DNA of 5,738 bases from a virus. The notes beneath the pieces were generated by a model. It was not told the origin of the DNA. It saw nothing but the letters and a program-made list of their open reading frames with translations, and ran no database searches. The stretch is from IMG/VR virus record IMGVR_UViG_3300023545_000089, positions 1 through 5,738 of that record. The stretch is one strand, 5' to 3'. Positions 1-3,878 of the stretch are shown here, piece by piece. The stretch's first letter is position 1, and the number at the start of each line of letters is the position of its first letter. The position numbers were made by a program, and so were the translations under genes.

Positions 1-55
1 GCGGATGCTCAGCGGCAACTGGTTAAACTGTTCCCGCTTCTCGTTCATCATGTTC
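1..55. repeat. Terminal direct repeat: bases 1-55 are identical to 5684-5738. It is the overlap left when a circular 5683-nt genome was linearised, not a biological repeat.
   Basis: The first 55 nt (gcggatgctcagcggcaactggttaaactgttcccgcttctcgttcatcatgttc) recur exactly at the window end. A minus-strand ORF reads continuously across the junction. Confidence 0.95.
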
Positions 56-345
56 ATGTATTCGGTGTAGGTCTGCGGCAGCTTGCTTGTGTCGATGTAC
101 CAGCCCGGCTTTGCCAGCACACTTTCGTCGCCGGCAGCGTATCGGCTCAGAATTGCCATGACGTCGCATTCGTCTTTATAGCTCTGGATTTTTTCGTATG
201 TGTCCACTTCGCCGACCTTTTCCAGATACGGCTGCCCTCGGTCGTCGTATCGCTCCTTGTACTCCGGCTCAAACCGGTTGCCCGGGTTGTTCGGCAGCGC
301 CAGTGGTTTTTTGTCCTCGTAGGGTTTAAAGATTCTTACTCCCAT
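1..345 (-). CDS. N-terminal segment of the same 168-aa VP3-like protein (MGVRIFKPYEDKKPLALPNNPGNRFEPEYKERYDDRGQPYLEKVGEVDTYEKIQSYKDECDVMAILSRYAAGDESVLAKPGWYIDTSKLPQTYTEYMNMMNEKREQFNQLPLSIR...). The start is ATG at 345..343. Positions 1-55 duplicate 5684-5738.
   Basis: Hand translation of the minus strand in the frame of the 5522..5734 ORF. The in-frame stop lies upstream at 363..361, and this is the first ATG after it. An RBS AAGGAG sits 7 nt upstream (revcomp of 353-358). The start overlaps the 3' end of the 87-aa ORF by 20 nt in another frame. Confidence 0.6.
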   Translation of the reverse strand, partial: MGVRIFKPYEDKKPLALPNNPGNRFEPEYKERYDDRGQPYLEKVGEVDTYEKIQSYKDECDVMAILSRYAAGDESVLAKPGWYIDTSKLPQTYTEYMNMMNEKREQFNQLPLSIR

Positions 346-589
346 TGAGCTGCTCCTTTTTCATGAGTTCGATGTTGTACATGAGCATTGGCAGTGCCAG
401 CGGCTTGATCTGGCCGCTTTCGTTGTCGTACTTGCCCAGAAGATAGACTCGCTTATCCTCGCAGTCGGCTTTCTCCATCTCCTGTGCCATCCATTTGAAG
501 GTCCGATCGGCTACTTTTTTGTTGACCACGATCAGATTGCCGAAGATGCCAGACAGTTCGTCTTTTACTGCGTATACCTGAAATTCCAT
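326..589 (-). CDS. 87-aa hypothetical protein. It may be the VP5/C-like small non-structural protein of gokushoviruses, but that is not verified.
   Basis: Track ORF. ATG at 589..587 is preceded by AAGGAG with a 8-nt spacer (TAAAGGAGAATCATCATG), and this RBS overlaps the TAA stop of the upstream 39-aa ORF. It is tightly packed in an operon with neighbouring genes. Confidence 0.6.
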   Translation of the reverse strand: MEFQVYAVKDELSGIFGNLIVVNKKVADRTFKWMAQEMEKADCEDKRVYLLGKYDNESGQIKPLALPMLMYNIELMKKEQLNGSKNL

Positions 590-601
590 GATGATTCTCC
601 T

Positions 602-721
602 TTATAAACGGATGCCGCCGCGCGACGGCTTCGGATTGACGTTGATTTTTTTCGTCTTCTTTGCGGTATTGGTGAAGACTCTCTTATCCTTTTTCGGATT
701 GACCGGCATACGATGTGCCAT
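602..721 (-). CDS. 39-aa highly basic peptide MAHRMPVNPKKDKRVFTNTAKKTKKINVNPKPSRGGIRL. It is a candidate J-like/ORF8-like DNA-binding packaging protein.
   Basis: Absent from the ORF track because it is below the length cut-off. Found by hand: ATG 721..719 has a strong RBS AAGGAGG 7 nt upstream, which overlaps the TAA stop of the preceding 34-aa ORF. Its own stop TAA (604..602) is embedded in the RBS of the 87-aa ORF. It has 13 K/R in 39 aa, like the phiX174 J protein and the chlamydiaphage ORF8. Confidence 0.45.
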   Translation of the reverse strand: MAHRMPVNPKKDKRVFTNTAKKTKKINVNPKPSRGGIRL

Positions 722-722
722 A

Positions 723-827
723 TTACTCCTCCTTATCCAGACCCATGGCGTGGTAAATCTTGTCTAACATCGCAAGGATTTTCCTCAGTTGATTAAAAAT
801 CCCGCGGATGTCTTTCAAAGTAATCAT
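723..827 (-). CDS. 34-aa hypothetical peptide MITLKDIRGIFNQLRKILAMLDKIYHAMGLDKEE, predicted to be an amphipathic helix.
   Basis: Untracked. ATG 827..825 is preceded by AAAGGAGGTG with a 6-nt spacer. Its stop TAA (725..723) overlaps the RBS of the 39-aa ORF (GATAAGGAGGAGTAATATG). It is the first gene after the 828-990 intergenic region. Confidence 0.35.
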   Translation of the reverse strand: MITLKDIRGIFNQLRKILAMLDKIYHAMGLDKEE

Positions 828-939
828 GGCAACACCTCCTTTCTTTTCATATTTGTGTGCAAATAGAAGGTTTCTGACAGTGGAGGCAGAGCATTCCTCC
901 TTTACATTTCGCTGCCAGTCCCCTCATGTCAATTTTACC

Positions 940-987
940 AAAAAAAAAAAAAACGCAAGGTCAACTTTCGTCAATCTCACGTTTTTT
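940..987 (-). terminator. Candidate rho-independent terminator downstream of the 52-aa ORF, with a homopolymer of 14 A (plus strand) = U14 on the sense RNA.
   Basis: Sense RNA: AAAAAACGUGAG-[AUUGACGAAAGUUGAC]-CUUGCGUUUUUUUUUUUUUU. The 6-bp core stem has two G.U wobbles and is extendable by A6/U6, with a 16-nt loop and a U14 tail. On the plus strand the wobbles become C.A mismatches, so the structure is stable only in the transcript of the gene strand. Confidence 0.35.
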
Positions 988-990
988 GGT

Positions 991-1149
991 TTATCTTTCG
1001 TATTCTTTGAGTTTTTCACAGATTGCGTTTGTCCATTCGTCATCCATGTTGTACTCTTCTTTTATCTGCTCTCGGTCTTCGCTTCTCCATCCACCGTCGT
1101 ATAGTGCTGCTGCGCAGTTTTCAACTTCTTCTTCATAGTAGCTTTTCAT
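991..1149 (-). CDS. 52-aa very acidic hypothetical protein MKSYYEEEVENCAAALYDGGWRSEDREQIKEEYNMDDEWTNAICEKLKEYER, with 15 D/E against 7 K/R.
   Basis: Untracked. ATG 1149..1147 is preceded by AGGAGG with a 6-nt spacer and sits directly downstream of promoter P1. It is followed by the hairpin/U14 terminator. The plus-strand track ORFs 808..1104 and 926..1138 are antisense to it and lack an RBS. Confidence 0.45.
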   Translation of the reverse strand: MKSYYEEEVENCAAALYDGGWRSEDREQIKEEYNMDDEWTNAICEKLKEYER

Positions 1150-1190
1150 GGTGTGCCTCCTAGTTTGTGGTGTGCTCTTCTTACACCTTT

Positions 1191-1219
1191 ATTATACACC
1201 TAAAACATACATTTGTCAA
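1191..1219 (-). promoter_or_regulatory. Sigma70-like promoter P1: TTGACA (revcomp of 1214-1219), a 17-nt spacer, then TATAAT (revcomp of 1191-1196). It drives the 52-aa ORF.
   Basis: Both hexamers match consensus perfectly with the optimal 17-nt spacing. It is followed by a 5'UTR and RBS cassette that is nearly identical to the one downstream of P2. Confidence 0.5.
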
Positions 1220-1269
1220 GCAGAACTTTGCCTAGATGGCCGTCCGGTCGGCGCTGGTGCGCCGAATGA

Positions 1270-1307
1270 AAAGGACGGCGTAGCTTTCCGTGACTACGTC
1301 GTCCTTT
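1270..1307 (-). terminator. Candidate intrinsic terminator for the P2-RHH-VP4 transcript, 29 nt after the VP4 stop.
   Basis: Sense RNA: AAAGGACGACGUAG-UCACGGAAAG-CUACGCCGUCCUUU-UCAUUC. The stem is 14 bp with one internal mismatch, G+C rich, and is followed by a U-rich tail (UUUUCAUU). A G+C-rich patch with small hairpins (ggcgctggtgcgcc, 1250-1263) separates it from P1. Confidence 0.4.
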
Positions 1308-1335
1308 CCTTTATTGGCCGTCTCCCCCTGGCCAC

Positions 1336-2514
1336 TTATATTTCATCTCTTCTTAATTTGGAGAACTTTTCTTGATTTTTCGCGTCGATGTTGTTATAAT
1401 GTTCTTGCAGACTATAGCCGTGTTGTGCGAGCTGAGCGAATAGAGCGTCGTTGGCGATTTTCCGCCGCTTTCTCTTTATTTGTTTCAGTTCGTCCGACTC
1501 GGCTTTTATTATTAGAGCTTCGTAATCCTTTTCTGTTTCGGCGTTTAGTGGTTCGCTGTTGCTGTGTTCAAGATCAAAGAGCTTGTCGAAGTATGCTGGC
1601 GGTTTACATTTTTTTCCCTTACTCAGCTGGATACTGTCTTTTTGGTATATCTCATCTTTATGGTCTTCGTAGTATCTCCAGCCGATTGATGGTTTTGTGC
1701 TGATTCTGCTATCTTCTTCCTCGATACACATATCGAGGAATTTTTCTTTTGCTTCGCCATATGCTTTCTTGGAACAGTATGCTGCTGTATATGCCATGTC
1801 GTTCCATTCTGCTACTCCGATGATTACGAAGCCTTTTCCCCATATCTGGTTGAGCCATGCACAGGTGTAGTATACTCTGCCTTTCTGTTTTTTATATATC
1901 TTCAGTTCTTTCGGGTCTATGTATAAGCTGTATACGATCGCGTGATAATGCGGTCTGTGCGTTTTCGTGCCGTATTCTCCACCAGCGTAGTACATGAGTT
2001 TATTTTTCATGCCTACTTTTTCATCATAGACTTGGTACATTCTTTCGTGATACTCTGTCCACCTTCTCAGCCTTTTCCAGAATGCCGTTAAATCATCATA
2101 GTCTAGTGTCAGGTTCGTTGTATACTCTCCGCTTGGAGCTTTCAGCACTCCGTTTTTGTCGATGCCTTTTCCTCTTTCGATGTTGATTGGAACGTGCTCG
2201 TTGTCGTATGTCAACGTCAGGAACCATGCCTGATCGTGATACGGCAGTTCCATCTCCATTCTGTTTGCCCAGCTCTTCCGTCGGTCCAGTATGCACCCTT
2301 GGCAGTGCTTACAAGGTAAAATCACGATTTCGCCGGTTTTGATCTTTGCTTTGATTTCTCGCTCTCTTCTGCGCTGCGTTGCTATGTCGTCAGCTGGTTC
2401 ACTGTTTGGCTTGTTCGACATTCCGTATTTGATATAACGCTCTAGTGAGCTGAAAAAATCGTCTCCGTTTTTCTTCGCTCCGAAGATCCTAATGTTGGGT
2501 CTGCCACATGGCAT
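1336..2514 (-). CDS. Replication initiation protein VP4 (HUH rolling-circle endonuclease), 392 aa.
   Basis: Track ORF. It carries RCR motif I FLTLTYD, motif II HYHAIVY (HUH) and a tyrosine-bearing motif III region MAYTAAYCSKKAYGE. The N-terminal Cys cluster (PCKHCQGC) is typical of gokushovirus VP4. RBS GGGAGGTG lies 8 nt upstream of ATG 2514. About 100 extra C-terminal residues are K/E-rich and include KRKRRK. Confidence 0.9.
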   Translation of the reverse strand: MPCGRPNIRIFGAKKNGDDFFSSLERYIKYGMSNKPNSEPADDIATQRRREREIKAKIKTGEIVILPCKHCQGCILDRRKSWANRMEMELPYHDQAWFLTLTYDNEHVPINIERGKGIDKNGVLKAPSGEYTTNLTLDYDDLTAFWKRLRRWTEYHERMYQVYDEKVGMKNKLMYYAGGEYGTKTHRPHYHAIVYSLYIDPKELKIYKKQKGRVYYTCAWLNQIWGKGFVIIGVAEWNDMAYTAAYCSKKAYGEAKEKFLDMCIEEEDSRISTKPSIGWRYYEDHKDEIYQKDSIQLSKGKKCKPPAYFDKLFDLEHSNSEPLNAETEKDYEALIIKAESDELKQIKRKRRKIANDALFAQLAQHGYSLQEHYNNIDAKNQEKFSKLRRDEI

Positions 2515-2537
2515 GGATGTTTCACCTCCCGGGGTCG

Positions 2538-2580
2538 CACTGGGGGGAAATGTCCCTCTTGATTACATTTCCCCCCAGTG
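2538..2580. promoter_or_regulatory. Perfect 16-bp inverted repeat (cactggggggaaatgt / acatttccccccagtg) with an 11-nt loop (ccctcttgatt), 7 nt upstream of the VP4 SD. It is a candidate origin (dso-like) hairpin and/or operator and/or translational control element.
   Basis: Read directly: the arms 2538-2553 and 2565-2580 are exact reverse complements. It lies in the 148-nt spacer between the RHH ORF and VP4. This spacer also contains an AT-rich imperfect hairpin (acaaaaat 2583-2590 / atttttgt 2618-2625). Confidence 0.6.
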
Positions 2581-2662
2581 ACACAAAAATGCGTCTGACG
2601 GTTACTGTCGGGCCTGTATTTTTGTTGCATTCAGTTTGCACGGCGAAGCCGTCAAACGGCTC

Positions 2663-2854
2663 CTAGTTTATGTCTGTTCCGGTCGAGATTGCAATTCTTG
2701 CTTTCTTTCCGTAAGCGTTGATTGCGTCTCTGATACAGTCGGAGTCATTCATTTTGATTTTGTTTATTCTGTTGTAAGTCTGGATTGATTCCAGAGATTT
2801 AAGTTCTTGTTCGGTCAAGTTGATGTTGAAGCGTTTTGCGATTTGGCTCTTCAT
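2663..2854 (-). CDS. 63-aa ribbon-helix-helix (CopG/Arc/MetJ-like) DNA-binding protein candidate MKSQIAKRFNINLTEQELKSLESIQTYNRINKIKMNDSDCIRDAINAYGKKARIAISTGTDIN.
   Basis: Internal start of track ORF 2663..2992: ATG 2854..2852 has a perfect AGGAGG 6 nt upstream and promoter P2 just before it. The longer 109-aa version would overlap VP2 and lacks an RBS. KRFNINLTEQELKSLE matches the RHH beta-strand plus helix A pattern of CopG (KRLTITLSESVLENLE), and SDCIRDAINAY resembles helix B (SAMISVALENY). Confidence 0.55.
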   Translation of the reverse strand: MKSQIAKRFNINLTEQELKSLESIQTYNRINKIKMNDSDCIRDAINAYGKKARIAISTGTDIN

Positions 2855-2893
2855 GGTTAGCCTCCTAGCTAAGTGTGTGATTGGTACACTCAT

Positions 2894-2922
2894 AATATAC
2901 ACCTCTTTTCTCCACTTGTCAA
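2894..2922 (-). promoter_or_regulatory. Sigma70-like promoter P2: TTGACA (revcomp of 2917-2922), a 17-nt spacer, then TATATT (revcomp of 2894-2899). It drives the RHH ORF and probably VP4.
   Basis: The -35 hexamer begins 5 nt after the VP2 stop. The promoter, 5'UTR and RBS are a paralogous copy of the P1 cassette: ...aggtgTATAtT...gtgta...cacac..ctAGGAGGc..accATGaagagc. Both ORFs start with MKS. Confidence 0.5.
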
Positions 2923-2927
2923 CTACT

Positions 2928-3866
2928 TTATGGCAACATTGGAAGACCCGGTAGTAAGCCGAATTGGCCTTTTGCTGCAAGGCCTGCGTCAAGTCGCCCT
3001 TCGTTCTTAAACTCGTGGCCTTTGGTTTCTTGCTCCTGCTGCGTGGTGCTGTCTATCCGCTCGCCTAGCTGGCCCACGGTTTTTGCGCTGCTGCTTACGG
3101 TTTGCTGTTGCATCTGTTCGAGGTGCTCGGCTGTCCAGTAGTCAGAACTTTGTTTCGCGTTGTTGATGGCCGTCTGAAAGTTCTGCACGATCTGTGCGGT
3201 GTTGTTGCCGTAGTCATACATTGCCTGCATGGTCGCGTTTTTGGCTGCTGGTGCTGCCAGAGCCTGAGCGTGTGCGAAGGTCTGACCGCCACCGAGACTT
3301 CCATATCCTCCTGATGGCGTCTGCGCCCCATAGCCGTTATAGGCTGCTAAGATAGGATTCAATCCCGCTGCTTTAAGGTCTGCCACGCCTCTTTGATAGC
3401 TCGTGTTGGCCATTCGCTCTTGCCAGTCTCTTTGAGCTTTGGCCTCAGCTGAGTTATACCGCATTGCGCTTGTTTGGCTTGCTGCGCTCATTGCATTGGA
3501 TGCTAGAGCGTTTCCCATGTTGAGAAGATTGCCCATCATCCATGTACCGGTCTGCAAGTCGTTGGCTGTTTTTGCGTTCTCTGCGTTGAAGTTCGCTGCG
3601 ATTTGACCATTGTTGCCGGTCGGCGTTCCGAGTGCTGTTGCTAGCAGATTTCCCAGTGCGCTTGTGTTGCCGGTTTGGACGCTTCCACCTGCGCTTGTAG
3701 TGTCCTGTGCGGTGCTTCCCATGGTCGTCCCGCTCTGGATAGTCGAGTTCATACTACCCTGCGTTTTGGCGCTGCTGGTGCTTCCTTTAATTGCGCTGTA
3801 GAGTCCATACAGTGTGTTTGCCAGAGTTAGGCCGCCTTTGACAAGGCCCATTAGCCCGATTGCCAT
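2928..3866 (-). CDS. Minor capsid / DNA pilot protein VP2, 312 aa.
   Basis: Track ORF. It has a hydrophobic N-terminus, a long low-complexity G/A/S/T/N/Q region, and the conserved gokushovirus VP2 motif ...QERMANTSYQRGVADLKAAGLNPILAAY. RBS AAGGAGGTGG overlaps the VP1 stop TAA (3879-3881), and the ATG is at 3866. Confidence 0.8.
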   Translation of the reverse strand: MAIGLMGLVKGGLTLANTLYGLYSAIKGSTSSAKTQGSMNSTIQSGTTMGSTAQDTTSAGGSVQTGNTSALGNLLATALGTPTGNNGQIAANFNAENAKTANDLQTGTWMMGNLLNMGNALASNAMSAASQTSAMRYNSAEAKAQRDWQERMANTSYQRGVADLKAAGLNPILAAYNGYGAQTPSGGYGSLGGGQTFAHAQALAAPAAKNATMQAMYDYGNNTAQIVQNFQTAINNAKQSSDYWTAEHLEQMQQQTVSSSAKTVGQLGERIDSTTQQEQETKGHEFKNEGRLDAGLAAKGQFGLLPGLPMLP

Positions 3867-3878
3867 TGTTCCACCTCC

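Noticed and set aside
930-960. Small ORF MRGLAAKCKGGMLCLHCQKPSICTQI in the 828-990 intergenic region
   Set aside because: It has no SD, and the reading frame is interrupted relative to its neighbours. It is most likely chance.
808-1104. 98-aa plus-strand ORF with a very hydrophobic, TM-like C-terminus, which could be mistaken for a lysis or membrane protein. ORF 3610..3801 is similar.
   Set aside because: The hydrophobicity is an artefact of translating the T-rich antisense of the E/K-rich orf52 and orf34 (and, for the other ORF, the G/A/S/T-rich VP2). There is no RBS. It opposes a minus-strand gene with excellent signals.
2096-2296. Embedded same-strand ORFs in alternative frames: 2096..2296, 2442..2630, 3095..3331, 3851..4078, 4118..4348, 5446..5640
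   Set aside because: These are Arg-rich or low-complexity translations of the off-frames of K/E- or G/A-rich genes, with no SD. phiX-style embedded genes cannot be excluded but there is no positive evidence.
2554-2564. CTTGAT in the hairpin loop resembling the phiX174 origin nick core
   Set aside because: It lies on the strand antisense to all genes, whereas the nicked viral strand should be the coding strand. A 6-mer match is weak. It is kept only as a note within the hairpin finding.
2886-2905. Possible XerCD dif-like site (CATAATATACAC), which would suggest prophage integration as in enterogokushoviruses
   Set aside because: There is only a hexamer-level resemblance to dif (GGTGCGCATAATGTATATTATGTTAAAT), and it coincides with the -10 element of P2. 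It is not a credible 28-bp dif motif.
2663-2992. Full 109-aa version of the ORF encoding the RHH protein
   Set aside because: The upstream ATG lies inside VP2 and has no SD. The internal ATG at 2854 has a perfect AGGAGG and sits right after promoter P2, so the 63-aa product is preferred.
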